A stretch of DNA of 64,000 nucleotides, taken from the NCBI GenBank assembly GCA_963674825.1, contig OY771587.1:2400001-2464000 (forward strand), in the 5' to 3' direction. Source of the stretch: Candidatus Cloacimonadales bacterium (GTDB lineage Bacteria > Cloacimonadota > Cloacimonadia > Cloacimonadales > JAIOQZ01). The notes beneath the pieces were generated by a model. It was not told the origin of the DNA. It made no database searches and saw only the letters and a list, made by a program, of their open reading frames with translations. The position numbers and the translations under genes are program-made. This document shows positions 53,310-63,898 of this stretch, piece by piece. Within the stretch, counting starts at the first letter, position 1, and every line of letters starts with the position of its first letter.

Positions 53310-53341
53310 TTTGAATCATGTCACTGTGTTTGCCCTTCTCT

Positions 53342-53681
53342 CATGGAACGCAGACGTCCCCGTCCGCATGCTTTTTCATCATTATCTGCTATTCCCATGA
53401 AATCATCTTCTGAATGTGTCGAACGGCGTGAGACTCTTCCGAATGTTGATTTCAGGCGCTGAATGGTTGATTGAGAGATAGAGATGCCAAGCTGGGCTTG
53501 GCGCTCCGTAGAGAAACAGAGATGCAGACGCTTAAAGTCTCCAGGTTGTATTCAAAAACATACAGGATCTCTGCGTTCCCAAGGGCTGTAGGGGTAATCC
53601 ACTGTGATTGCCCTTTTCTGATGCAGGTCTGGAGCAATAGCTACCCAGGCTGTAGGGAAATTACAGTGGATTGTCGCTACA
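53342..53681. repeat. Second cluster of REP-like palindromes, sharing families with 23936-24352
   Basis: TGTAGGGGTAATCCACTGTGATTGCCC (53587-53613) plus a degenerate inverted copy (53655-53681); GCAGACGTCCCCGTCCGC; GCCAAGCTGGGCTTGGC. Confidence 0.78.
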
Positions 53682-53686
53682 GTAAA

Positions 53687-54031
53687 CTACGTAGTCAGCT
53701 CATCCCAAAGATCCATCGCTCTTCTGAGGTGCGGGATCACGATTGATCCACCGACAATCAAGGCAATGGTCATGGCTTCGTTGTATTCTTCGGAGGTGAT
53801 ACCGGCTTTGTGGCACTGGATGGTGTGGTATTTGATGCAATCGTCGCAGCGTAAGACAGTTGAAGCGACAAGTCCGAGAAGCTCCTTAGTCTTGGCTGGC
53901 AGCGCTCCCTCGCGATACGATTGGCCATCGAGGCTGAAGAAGCGCTTCAGCTCCTTACCGGCATACTTCATTGTGACTTCGTTGAGCCGGTCTCGTTCTG
54001 CGAGAAATTCTTCCATTTTACTTTTCATCAT
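53687..54031 (-). CDS. Carboxymuconolactone decarboxylase/AhpD-like protein
   Basis: 'GALPAKTKELLGLVAS..LRCDDCIKYH' CxxC motif. Confidence 0.9.
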   Translation of the reverse strand: MMKSKMEEFLAERDRLNEVTMKYAGKELKRFFSLDGQSYREGALPAKTKELLGLVASTVLRCDDCIKYHTIQCHKAGITSEEYNEAMTIALIVGGSIVIPHLRRAMDLWDELTT

Positions 54032-54921
54032 GCCTCCTCTGGAAATGGTTCGATGTGTACCACCACGTCGGCGACGTCCGGGCCCTCTTTGAGCAGCTTC
54101 AGCTTAACTACCGTAGCAATTTCATGGCCGTCATAAACGCTCATATCGGCATCCACCTCGATGTGCATGTCAACATGCAACGTTTGACCGATCCGTCTGG
54201 TTCGAACCGCGTGTGCCGTTCTGACACCCTCCACGCTCAGCGCGATCTGAATGATGTCTGCGTGCTCTTTTTCACCGGCACCGGCATCAGTAAGCTCTTT
54301 AAGAGCTGGATAGGTGATATCCCAAGCCACCTTGATGATAAACGCTGCCACCACAATCGCGCCAACGTGGTCGAGAACGGCCAACCGAGGATCGATGACG
54401 GCAGCTCCGACCGCGAGAAAGGCCGGGATGGAGCTGAAGGCGTCAGAACGATGGTGCCACGCATTAGCGATGAGCGCGGGAGATTTCTGCTTCTGTCCGA
54501 TGCGGACGGTCACACGGTAGAGAATCTCCTTGCTGATTATGGATACACCTGCACCGATGAGCGCGATCCAGCGCGGGATATGCTCTTCGGCCGACTGAAT
54601 GCCTTTTATCGCGTCACGGGCCAATTCCACCGCTACAAGCGCCAGAACAACGCCGATGAATACCGTGATGAGCGTCTCGATACGACGATGGCCGTAGGGA
54701 TGGTCATCGTCTGGCGGTGCGGTCCAGAACTTTACGCCGAGGATCACCGCCAGATCGGTAGCTGTATCTGATACGCTATGAACCGCATCCGCGACAACAG
54801 CCTGGCTGTTTCCGAGGATACCGGTAGCGAATTTCAGGATGGATAGCAAGACGTTCACCACCAGCCCAGTCCAAGTTACCTTGCGTGTGATGGCAATCGC
54901 CTCTTGATTCGTGCCTTGCAT
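54028..54921 (-). CDS. Cation diffusion facilitator (FieF-like)
   Basis: ADAVHSVSD, PPDDDHPYGHRRIE, NAWHHRSD, VHIEP. Confidence 0.95.
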   Translation of the reverse strand: MQGTNQEAIAITRKVTWTGLVVNVLLSILKFATGILGNSQAVVADAVHSVSDTATDLAVILGVKFWTAPPDDDHPYGHRRIETLITVFIGVVLALVAVELARDAIKGIQSAEEHIPRWIALIGAGVSIISKEILYRVTVRIGQKQKSPALIANAWHHRSDAFSSIPAFLAVGAAVIDPRLAVLDHVGAIVVAAFIIKVAWDITYPALKELTDAGAGEKEHADIIQIALSVEGVRTAHAVRTRRIGQTLHVDMHIEVDADMSVYDGHEIATVVKLKLLKEGPDVADVVVHIEPFPEEA

Positions 54922-55222
54922 CGGATTTTCTCCTGCATCGTGTAATGGTCATACATTAATTTCCAGTCGCAGGTTGTCCAAGAAAAAGTGATTCTGTTTA
55001 TGTTCAATGTTGGTCAGCTTTGTGATAATCGTTGTCCTTGGACTCCACTAAGGATGATACGATTATTACTGGGTAGTCCAAGATAGCACGTTGATGGCTA
55101 GGCGAGGATCGATGGGATAATCTGTCCATGTTTTCATGATGACAAGCTGATATTCGGGTTTTTCTTGACATGCACAGCCAATTTTCCAGCATAAAGAAAA
55201 CTAAAGATTAATTGGAGAATGA

Positions 55223-56044
55223 ATGCTGCTCTACGATTTTCCAGATGCTTACGATCTTTTCTACGATGCCAGTTTCCAGACATCGACACGTGATTTTTAT
55301 AGTCGCTTCATGCTGAAGAAAAATATCCACGATGTGCTCGACTGTACTTGCGGTTCAGGTCAGATGACCATGCCGTTGGCGAAACTCGGATTCAATGTAA
55401 CTGCTTCCGATGTCAACCGTAACATGATGCGTAAGGCCAGGCTGAATTTTGTCCAGAATGATCTGATGGCAAACTTCGTCACCAGCGATATCCTTGAGCT
55501 TGAGACACGTGTAAAGCGCACCTTCGATTGTGTGATGAGCACCGGAAATTCCTTAGCGCATGTTAAAAACGATCAGCTCGAATCGGCGATTCGTCAGATG
55601 GACAGTGTACTCAAGCCGGGGGGAACTCTCTACATCGATTCCCGTAACTGGGATCTGATTCTGGAACGCCAGCAGAGATTCTACCTCTTCAATCCGCTAA
55701 TACGTGATCGTGGACGAGTCAATTTCGTGCAGGTATGGGACTACAATCCCGATGGCTCGATGGTGTTCAATTTCCTCCTCTTCGAAGAGATCGAGAACAA
55801 GATCGTCAGCAAACGGCAATTCTATACGCTATATTACCCCTTCAAGAGCGAGGACCTACGCTTGATTCTCGAGGCGATGGGCTATCACAGTATTAAATTC
55901 TTCAAACTGGGCGATCCGGGCAGCAATGATCTGTCACAAATCGACTGGTATGCCGTTACAGCAGAGAAACCTTTCCCAAGTGAAATTACCGACAAAAAGA
56001 CTGACAATAAAAAAGATAGAAAAGCCAAAGGAGGCAAACAATGA
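55223..56044 (+). CDS. Class I SAM-dependent methyltransferase
   Basis: VLDCTCGSG, FDCVMSTGNSLAH, LKPGG. Confidence 0.88.
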   Translation: MLLYDFPDAYDLFYDASFQTSTRDFYSRFMLKKNIHDVLDCTCGSGQMTMPLAKLGFNVTASDVNRNMMRKARLNFVQNDLMANFVTSDILELETRVKRTFDCVMSTGNSLAHVKNDQLESAIRQMDSVLKPGGTLYIDSRNWDLILERQQRFYLFNPLIRDRGRVNFVQVWDYNPDGSMVFNFLLFEEIENKIVSKRQFYTLYYPFKSEDLRLILEAMGYHSIKFFKLGDPGSNDLSQIDWYAVTAEKPFPSEITDKKTDNKKDRKAKGGKQ

Positions 56045-56649
56045 AGGCTTTCAAGATCGTTTTAACACTTATGGCAGTAGCAATAATCCTGGCTGCATGC
56101 GGCGGCCCGGCAAAGACCGTCGAACGCAAATCTGTGGATGAGGCAATCGACCTCAGCGGACGCTGGAACGACACTGATCTTCAGCTCACCGCAGAGCAGA
56201 TCGTTCGCGATGTACTTTCCCGTAACTGGCTTCCTGAATTCAAGACTGAAAACGACCGCAAGCCGGTTGTGATCGTCGGAAGCGTACGCAACAAGACATC
56301 CGAGCATCTGGATACCGTTCCGCTGGTGAACCATATCGAGTCCGAGCTGATCAACAGCGGTCAGGTCAAGTTCGTAGCGAACAAGCAGAAACGCGAAGAG
56401 ATTCGTGACGAGCGCATGGACCAGCAGACCCAGTCATCTGAAGAGAGCTCAAAGCGTCTTGCCGCCGAAACCGGCGCTGACTTCATGCTTCAGGGTGAGA
56501 TCACCTCAATCACGGACCAGGAAGGCGGTCAGAAGGTTGTTTATTATCAGGTTGCCATGGAGCTGATCAACATCGAAACCAACGAAATCAACTGGAAGGG
56601 TACGAAGCAGATCAAGAAGTTCGTTTCTCAGAAACGTTCGAAATTCTAA
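56041..56649 (+). CDS. lpoB: LpoB-family penicillin-binding protein activator lipoprotein
   Basis: Lipobox LAAC; 'DLSGRWNDTD', 'NKTSEHLD', 'GADFMLQGEI', 'YYQV'. Confidence 0.8.
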   Translation: MKAFKIVLTLMAVAIILAACGGPAKTVERKSVDEAIDLSGRWNDTDLQLTAEQIVRDVLSRNWLPEFKTENDRKPVVIVGSVRNKTSEHLDTVPLVNHIESELINSGQVKFVANKQKREEIRDERMDQQTQSSEESSKRLAAETGADFMLQGEITSITDQEGGQKVVYYQVAMELINIETNEINWKGTKQIKKFVSQKRSKF

Positions 56650-56655
56650 GCGAGT

Positions 56656-58047
56656 GTGAGGATGAAACGTGGTTATCTGATCGCGCTTGTTTTTGCGATC
56701 GCATTGATGGTGGGTTGTGCCGCACCCAAAAAGGAACTTCGCGAGATCGAGGTAAAGCTGGAGAAGCGGCAGTTCGATGCGGCTTCGAAGCAGGTTGAAG
56801 AGATCAAGGACAAGGTCTATTCGAACAAGAATCGGGTCCTGTTCTATCTCGATGCGGGTGTTGTGCACCATTACGATCGCGACTGGGACAAGAGCAACAA
56901 CCGGCTGGAAGAGGCCGAACAGGCCATCGAAGACCTCTTTACCAAGAGTGTCAGTCGCGCTGCGGCTTCGTACATCCTGAACGATAATGTGATGGAGTAT
57001 GACGGCGAAGATTACGAGGACATCTACCTCAACGTATTCAAGTCACTCAACTATTTGGGTAAGAATGATTTCGACGGCGCGTTCGTGGAAATCCGGCGAA
57101 TCAACAACAAGCTGAATCTTCTGGAAGACAAATACAAAAAACTGGCCGACGAATACAACAAATCGAAGGACAGTAAGGCAAAAGTCGAAGTAGGACACAG
57201 CCAGTTCCACAACTCTGCATTGGGCCGGTGGCTTAGCATGCTCATCTATCGAACAGAAGGCGATATCGATAATGCACGCGTTGACATGGAAGGAATCAGG
57301 GATGCCTGGAAAACCCAGAGTCACATCTACAACTATACCATGCCACCACTGGAAGGTTATCTGGAAAAGACGGACAAGGCGCGAGTCGATATCATTGGAT
57401 TCATTGGCAAGAGCCCGGAGAAGAAGGCTCACACGCTTTATATCCATACTGAGCAGAACCTTATCGTGTTTGCTTCCACCGCCGAAGACAGTGACGGCAG
57501 GAAGATGATGACCAACCTGACGCCGATCCAATGGCCCGGTATCGAGAAAGGCTTGCACTTCAAGTTCGAGCTGCCGTTCTTCGAGCCGCGTGGTACTATT
57601 GTGCGAAGCGTTCGTGTGTTGATCGATGATCAACATGTGGGTGAACTGGAATTGCTGGAAGATATGGAAAAGGTAGCGATCGAGACCTATCAGGTCAAGA
57701 AGCCGCTGATCCTGATGAAGACCCTGACACGTACGATCGTGAAGGGACTTGTCGCGAACGAAGGTAAAAAGCAGATGGAGAAGGAAATCAAGGATCCGCT
57801 GCTTGCTTTCGGAGCACGTTTGGCGACCGATCTGGCCGTTGATGCCACGGAACAGGCGGACCTGCGATTGTCGCACTTCTTCCCGGCAAAGGCGATGGTC
57901 AACGAATTCGAAGTCGAGCCCGGTGAGCACAATGTAAAGCTGGAATATCGTGGATCAGGCAGAACGTTGCTCTACACGCACGACCTGGGTATGCGAAACT
58001 TCGAGCAGGGCAAGCTGAACCTTCTGGAATCGTATTATTTGAAGTAA
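56656..58047 (+). CDS. COG3014-like TPR lipoprotein
   Basis: Lipobox MVGC; 'YDGEDYE', 'AFVEIRR', 'EQADLR'; usual neighbour of lpoB. Confidence 0.7.
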   Translation: MRMKRGYLIALVFAIALMVGCAAPKKELREIEVKLEKRQFDAASKQVEEIKDKVYSNKNRVLFYLDAGVVHHYDRDWDKSNNRLEEAEQAIEDLFTKSVSRAAASYILNDNVMEYDGEDYEDIYLNVFKSLNYLGKNDFDGAFVEIRRINNKLNLLEDKYKKLADEYNKSKDSKAKVEVGHSQFHNSALGRWLSMLIYRTEGDIDNARVDMEGIRDAWKTQSHIYNYTMPPLEGYLEKTDKARVDIIGFIGKSPEKKAHTLYIHTEQNLIVFASTAEDSDGRKMMTNLTPIQWPGIEKGLHFKFELPFFEPRGTIVRSVRVLIDDQHVGELELLEDMEKVAIETYQVKKPLILMKTLTRTIVKGLVANEGKKQMEKEIKDPLLAFGARLATDLAVDATEQADLRLSHFFPAKAMVNEFEVEPGEHNVKLEYRGSGRTLLYTHDLGMRNFEQGKLNLLESYYLK

Positions 58048-58060
58048 CAAGGGAGAGCTT

Positions 58061-59071
58061 ATGCGTAAAACGATCCTGTGGCTGCTAATTTTGAGCTGTG
58101 TGCTGCTGGTCGCGAAAAAGACGGAAGAGCCCGAATGGCTGACCAACCCGAAGTCGCTGTACCCCGACACGATGTACCTTTCATCGTTGGGCGAAGGCGA
58201 CACCAGAGCTTCTGCAGAGAATGACGCCGCCGGCAATCTGTCGCGCGTGTTCGAAAGCAAGATCAAGGTTGATCAGACCTACCGGGAGCGATACAAAGAG
58301 CTTACGCGTGGCACCGCCACCGAGACCGAGGACATATCCGAACTGAACAAGAACATCGGCGTGCAATCACAGCAGACGCTTTACAACATTCAGTTTGGCG
58401 AATCGTACACCGACGGCAAGGGCCGTGTCCATGTAATCGCTTATCTGGACAGGCTGCGTACCGGCGAAATCTACAGCAGTAAGATCGAGCAAAACGCCAA
58501 CCAGGTCTCGTGGTATCTGGACAAGAAAAAGTCCAGCAACGATCCTCTGACCAAATACGCGCTACAAAATGCCGCGATCATCGTCGCTACCAACAATCAG
58601 GTGCTGCTGGAGCAGCTTCGAATCATTTCGCCAAACATGGCAGATTTTATCGACATGCCGTACGACCTTACCGAATTACAGGCTACGCTCAAAGAGATGG
58701 GCAAAAGCGTACGGGTTTCTGTAACGATCAAGGGTGATCAAGACATGAAGATCACCAATCTGCTTAAAGAGATGCTAAATGAAGCGGGATTCGGCCTGGC
58801 AGACGATGGTTACCTGAAGGTTACCGGCGATATCGGTTACGAGAAAGTCGATCTGGGTAAATCGGACGAGAAGTTCGTGCGTTGGGAGATCACGCTGGAC
58901 TTGGATACGCAAAAAGGTGATAACCTGATCCATTACTACGAAAAGGGTCGCGAAGGCCATATCTCCTATCCCGAAGCAATGGAACGCTCAGTACGTGAAA
59001 TCGAGAAGAAGCTCAGCAAGCAGTTCATCGGTAAGTTGAATGACTACATCGATGGCCTTGTGATGCAATAG
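58061..59071 (+). CDS. LPP20-like exported protein
   Basis: Signal peptide; 'PEWL...YLSSLGEG...AENDAAGNLSRVF'. Confidence 0.65.
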   Translation: MRKTILWLLILSCVLLVAKKTEEPEWLTNPKSLYPDTMYLSSLGEGDTRASAENDAAGNLSRVFESKIKVDQTYRERYKELTRGTATETEDISELNKNIGVQSQQTLYNIQFGESYTDGKGRVHVIAYLDRLRTGEIYSSKIEQNANQVSWYLDKKKSSNDPLTKYALQNAAIIVATNNQVLLEQLRIISPNMADFIDMPYDLTELQATLKEMGKSVRVSVTIKGDQDMKITNLLKEMLNEAGFGLADDGYLKVTGDIGYEKVDLGKSDEKFVRWEITLDLDTQKGDNLIHYYEKGREGHISYPEAMERSVREIEKKLSKQFIGKLNDYIDGLVMQ

Positions 59072-59095
59072 ACTGCATAGCAGCTACATATTACA

Positions 59096-59130
59096 ATGAG
59101 AAGCGGATCGAAACGGTCCGCTTTTCATCA
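59096..59130 (+). terminator. Rho-independent terminator
   Basis: atgagaagcggatc-gaaac-ggtccgcttttcat. Confidence 0.75.
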
Positions 59131-59434
59131 TCACTCATTCACCCCCCACGAAATCAACATTGGGAAGATAATTTCATGGGTTCGAAGTAAAAGAGAAAGG
59201 CAGACACGGAGGAATCCCCTACGGAAATGCCAGGAAATCACATATATACATTCGAACCAATCACAACCAGGAATATTGTGTAGTGAGGTAAATAATCCCC
59301 CAAACGGATATCCTTGTGATGGCTGAAAATGCATTCTATAAGCTAATTCCGCTTCATTTTCATCTGAAAAAATACTTTACACAATTCCGGCGCAAAATAA
59401 CTTCGCGCAAAACGCGTAAAGGAATGTAAGATAT

Positions 59435-60640
59435 ATGTTTACGGATATGAAGGCTGACTTGGCCGCAACGCTGGAAGAACTTAAAGGCAAAGGACTTTAC
59501 AAGAGCGAGCGCATCTTGTCGTCACCGCAATCGTCTGATATAAAATTACGAAATGGCAGTGAAGTGCTTAACTTCTGCGCCAACAACTACCTCGGGCTTT
59601 CGAATCATCCCGAAATCATCAAAGCTGCCCATGAGGCTCTTGATCGCTGGGGTTTCGGACTATCTTCTGTGCGCTTTATCTGTGGAACGCAGGAGATTCA
59701 TAAGGTGCTTGAGCAGAAAATCAGCCAGTTTCTGGGCATGGAAGACACCATCCTGTTCTCGTCGGCATTTGACGCCAACGGCGGTGTTTTCGAGCCGCTT
59801 CTTAGCGTCGATTCCGCCATCATTTCAGACGAGCTGAATCATGCTTCAATCATCGACGGTGTGCGGTTATGCAAAGCCCAACGCTTTCGCTATAAACACT
59901 CGAACATGGCTGAGCTGGAAGACTGCCTCAAGAAGGCGTCCGACGCGAAGTACAGGCTGATCACCACCGACGGCGTATTCTCCATGGACGGCGACATCGC
60001 CAAGTTGGACGAGATCTGCGATCTGGCGGATAAATACAACGCGCTGGTGATGGTGGACGATTCCCACGCTACCGGTTACATCGGCAAGACTGGTCGCGGC
60101 ACGCACGAGCACTGCAACGTGATGGATCGAGTTGATATCGTTACGACCACATTCGGCAAGGCCCTGGGCGGTGCATCCGGTGGATGTGTGTCCGGACGCA
60201 GAGAGATCGTCGATATTCTTCGGCAGCGTTCCAGACCATACCTTTTCTCAAATACGCTCGCTCCTACAATAGCAGGTGCAACAATCCGCGCGATCGATAT
60301 GCTTATTGAAAGCACCGAGCTTCGGGATAAAGTTGTAGCGAATGCCGAGTACTTCAGAAGCCTCATGAACCAAGCGGGATTCGACCTCGTAAAAGGTAGC
60401 ACCGCGATCGTTCCCGTAATGATCTACGACGAACCCATGGCGCTCAAGATGGCTGACATGCTGCTCGAACGCGGCATATACGTGATCGGGTTCGCATACC
60501 CCGTCGTACCGCTTGGCAAGGCCCGTATCAGGGTTCAGCTTTCCGCGGCACACACGCGCGAACAGATCGACATGGCTGTCAAATGTTTCATCGAAGTGGG
60601 GCAAGAACTCGAGTTGATCGATAAAAAAATCAGCGCGTAA
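59435..60640 (+). CDS. kbl: 2-amino-3-ketobutyrate CoA ligase (glycine C-acetyltransferase)
   Basis: [51 protein letters not shown]. Confidence 0.96.
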   Translation: MFTDMKADLAATLEELKGKGLYKSERILSSPQSSDIKLRNGSEVLNFCANNYLGLSNHPEIIKAAHEALDRWGFGLSSVRFICGTQEIHKVLEQKISQFLGMEDTILFSSAFDANGGVFEPLLSVDSAIISDELNHASIIDGVRLCKAQRFRYKHSNMAELEDCLKKASDAKYRLITTDGVFSMDGDIAKLDEICDLADKYNALVMVDDSHATGYIGKTGRGTHEHCNVMDRVDIVTTTFGKALGGASGGCVSGRREIVDILRQRSRPYLFSNTLAPTIAGATIRAIDMLIESTELRDKVVANAEYFRSLMNQAGFDLVKGSTAIVPVMIYDEPMALKMADMLLERGIYVIGFAYPVVPLGKARIRVQLSAAHTREQIDMAVKCFIEVGQELELIDKKISA

Positions 60641-60720
60641 ACAACGAATAACTTTACAGATTCGTTTCGATCAGTTACTCTTGAAGCAGATTCATTGGCA
60701 TATGAACATCAGGAGGAACC

Positions 60721-63717
60721 ATGAAGCGATACGTATTACTTTTTCTTGTTTTTCTGCTAATTTCACAGATTCTATGCGTTACTGTGACCCAACAACGAGC
60801 GGACACGATCGCAGAGAATTGGCTATCGTACATTAAAGGATCGCGGAGCTCGATCTCAGAGACGATCACGCTCGATTATGAAGGGCACAGTAGTCTCTAC
60901 ATCGTGAACTTCGAAGGTGGCGGGTTCGTTATCGTACCTGCCGATGATGCGGCGATTCCCGTATTGGGCTATTCTGATAAAAATCAGGCGGTTGCCGAGA
61001 TTACGCACCCAGCTGTACAGGAATGGTTCGAAGACTATCATAAACAAATTCATGCAGCAATTCAGCTAAACGAATCAAATGCAGAGACATTGCCGCTCTG
61101 GAACGAAATCGAGAATGGCGATTTCTCGCGTTATCCAATGTCTCGTGGCGTAGGCGCACTTTGCACAACTACTTGGAATCAGGGGCAGTATTACAACGAA
61201 CAGTGTCCAGTTGATGCAACATCGAGTGCTGGTAACGGACATGTCTGGGCTGGCTGCGTGGCTACCGCGATGGCTCAGATTATGAAGTATTACAACTCAC
61301 CAACTGCCGGCTATGGATCGCATTCTTTCACCTCTACTTACGGTGTCGAGTCAGCCAGTTTCGGCTCAACTTCCTATGATTGGACAAACATGCCGAACGC
61401 GGTTAACTCCGGATCGACGACAACGCAGAAGAACGCAGTTCAATCGCTGATTTATCATTGTGCGGTTGCGGTAGATATGGATTTCGGGCCTTCCGGTTCG
61501 GGAGCTCATAGCGGTAGCGCGCTCAAAGCGTGTGTCATGTACTTCAACTACGACAACGGTATTTCGTATGAAGAAATTGGATCGGATATCACTGCCTGGA
61601 AGACAATGCTGAAAACGGAACACAATAATAGCAGACCTGTATTATACTGCGGAACAAATGGCGCAAGCAGCGCTCATGCCTTTGTGTGTGATGGATATAA
61701 CGATAGCGACTACTTCCACTTCAACTGGGGTTGGGGAGGTGTCTATAACGGGTATTACCAGATTGGAAGCCTGACACCGACTGGACACGATTATTCCTAT
61801 GAAAATAGCGCACTTATCGGTATTACACCCAGCACCTCGTCCAATACCTATCCGCTTTTCTCAAGCTTCGATGGTTATGATGACGCTGGCTGGAATCGCG
61901 ATGTGGACGGCGATAGTACCATTGACTGGGGTTTCTACACTTATTCTCCTAATAGTGGTGTAGATTGCCTGGGAGCGAAGCATACTCCAAAATGGCTGAT
62001 CTCCCCACTGATTACATTGCCGGCGAATACCAACAATACGTTCACGATCTACACGAAGCGTTTGAATAGCTTCAATCAGGGACTCGATGTGCGTGTTTCC
62101 ACGACAGGAACCAATATCAACACTGATTTCACTACATTGCTGGGTAATATCTCAGTCGGTTCGTCATGGGTGCAATCTACCTATGACCTTTCCAGTTATG
62201 CGGGAACGACAATCTACCTCGGATTCAAGACAACCGGAACCGACGACGCTACCTACTATTATCTGTTCATCGATGACTTGCAGATCGAATCCACACCGGT
62301 AACCAATCCGACGCTTAGCGCGACCGACGTACCAACAGGTATTCTTTATCATCGTGCAACCACAGGCGGTACCATCAGTGATGATGGCGGAGCCAGCCTG
62401 ATTCAGCGCGGTGTATGCTATGCTCCATGGCCTGCGGTTCCTTCATCTGGAGTATTTGTTACGGCATCTGGCACAGATGTCGGATCATTTACTGTCACAC
62501 TGACGGGATTAATTGCTGGAATGCGATACAACGTCTGCTCGTTTGCTGTTAACAGCTTCAGCCTTTTCGGCTATGGCCCGGTGCAAGATTTCACAACGGA
62601 TGTCTATCCTCCGGATGGTACCAGCACGCAGACTGTAGTCGAAGGCGTTGTCACCTTCCCGTCAACCGGTTTGGATATTGATTTCACGGGAGTTGCTGGT
62701 TCAACGACTGATGATGTAACGATTGATGTGATCGAAGAAGCACCACAAAGTCCTGGCGCTGCATTCCTTTCAGCTACCAATCCGGGTGCGTTCTCCATTG
62801 TGATTACCAACAATACCGGCTTCACCTTTGACACTGGACAGCTCCAGTTCAATATCGTTGAATTGGATGGAATTGCCTCCGGTGGTATTAACACCAGTGC
62901 TTTCGCGACAATGGCAAACGGTACCGATACTGGTATATCGCTTTGGCATAGAAGCGATTACGAAAGTGGGGACTTTTCCTTCGTAAGCAATCTCCTCTAC
63001 CACGACAACAACGGCATCAATGGCGATCCGGACGACTACCTGTATGCCAATGTGGCTTCTTTCAGCGAGTTCACCATGAGCGGCGGATCGGAGCACACAC
63101 TGCCGGTAGAACTATCATCCTTCACTGCGACGATTACCTCGGAGGAAGCAGTCAAGCTTGACTGGGTTACTCAATCCGAGAACGATATGGCAGGATACAA
63201 TGTACTTCGTTCCGTGACAGATTCGATGGATGAGTCCGCGCAGCTCAATTTGCAGATCATCCCGTCGCAGAACGCGACCGAATCAACTACCTACAGCTAT
63301 GTTGACGTGGATGTTGTATCGGATGCGAGCTATAACTACTGGCTGCAGGGCGTTAATCTCGATGGAAGCACGCGCTTCTACGGGCCGGTTTCAGTGACGG
63401 TACAGTACACTGATCCGGGTGAGGGCGATACGCCGGAGGTTGTGTTGATCAATAACCTCGAAGCTGCTTACCCGAATCCGTTCAACCCTGCTACAACGAT
63501 TCGATTCAGCGTAAAGAAAGATGAGACCGGAAGTGTACGTATCTACAACCTCAAGGGCGAATTGATCCGTAGCTACGATGGTTATACATCAGGCGAACAC
63601 AAGGTTGTTTGGGACGGTGCGGATCGTTCGGGTAAAAAGGTCGGATCCGGTATCTTCCTTTATCGGCTCGAAACCGATTCCTATACACAAACACGCAAGA
63701 TGATGATGATCAAGTAA
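60721..63717 (+). CDS. Secreted C10 (streptopain/periodontain-like) cysteine protease with Spi-type prodomain, adhesin/FN3-like domains and FlgD-Ig/T9SS-like C-terminus
   Basis: WNQG, AGCVATAMAQ, HAFVCDG, HFNWGWGG; LPVELSSF; YPNPFNP...RKMMMIK. Confidence 0.93.
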   Translation: MKRYVLLFLVFLLISQILCVTVTQQRADTIAENWLSYIKGSRSSISETITLDYEGHSSLYIVNFEGGGFVIVPADDAAIPVLGYSDKNQAVAEITHPAVQEWFEDYHKQIHAAIQLNESNAETLPLWNEIENGDFSRYPMSRGVGALCTTTWNQGQYYNEQCPVDATSSAGNGHVWAGCVATAMAQIMKYYNSPTAGYGSHSFTSTYGVESASFGSTSYDWTNMPNAVNSGSTTTQKNAVQSLIYHCAVAVDMDFGPSGSGAHSGSALKACVMYFNYDNGISYEEIGSDITAWKTMLKTEHNNSRPVLYCGTNGASSAHAFVCDGYNDSDYFHFNWGWGGVYNGYYQIGSLTPTGHDYSYENSALIGITPSTSSNTYPLFSSFDGYDDAGWNRDVDGDSTIDWGFYTYSPNSGVDCLGAKHTPKWLISPLITLPANTNNTFTIYTKRLNSFNQGLDVRVSTTGTNINTDFTTLLGNISVGSSWVQSTYDLSSYAGTTIYLGFKTTGTDDATYYYLFIDDLQIESTPVTNPTLSATDVPTGILYHRATTGGTISDDGGASLIQRGVCYAPWPAVPSSGVFVTASGTDVGSFTVTLTGLIAGMRYNVCSFAVNSFSLFGYGPVQDFTTDVYPPDGTSTQTVVEGVVTFPSTGLDIDFTGVAGSTTDDVTIDVIEEAPQSPGAAFLSATNPGAFSIVITNNTGFTFDTGQLQFNIVELDGIASGGINTSAFATMANGTDTGISLWHRSDYESGDFSFVSNLLYHDNNGINGDPDDYLYANVASFSEFTMSGGSEHTLPVELSSFTATITSEEAVKLDWVTQSENDMAGYNVLRSVTDSMDESAQLNLQIIPSQNATESTTYSYVDVDVVSDASYNYWLQGVNLDGSTRFYGPVSVTVQYTDPGEGDTPEVVLINNLEAAYPNPFNPATTIRFSVKKDETGSVRIYNLKGELIRSYDGYTSGEHKVVWDGADRSGKKVGSGIFLYRLETDSYTQTRKMMMIK

Positions 63718-63734
63718 TCTCAATAGCTTCATAC

Positions 63735-63768
63735 AAGCCCCTCTCTTGACCAAAGAGAGGGGCTTTTT
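63735..63768 (+). terminator. Rho-independent terminator
   Basis: aagcccctctctt-gacca-aagagaggggctt followed by ttt. Confidence 0.9.
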
Positions 63769-63862
63769 GCTTGCAGCAGAAAAGGGCAGTCACAGTGACC
63801 TGCCTCTGCGAGAAAAAACAATTATCATTTGCCATTCAGGGAAAACATAGTACTTTATCGAT

Positions 63863-63879
63863 ATACCCCCAGGGGGTAT
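63863..63879. promoter_or_regulatory. CsoR/RcnR operator
   Basis: Perfect palindrome ATACCCCC-A-GGGGGTAT 19 nt upstream of the csoR-like ATG. Confidence 0.88.
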
Positions 63880-63898
63880 CGCGAAAAGGAGTGATAAC

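Noticed and set aside
59131..59334. Small ORFs or ncRNA upstream of kbl (GGTTCGAA...TTCGAACC 8-bp IR); possible tRNA fragment or riboswitch
   Set aside because: No cloverleaf and no glycine, T-box or other riboswitch motifs; only a short IR, which is insufficient support.
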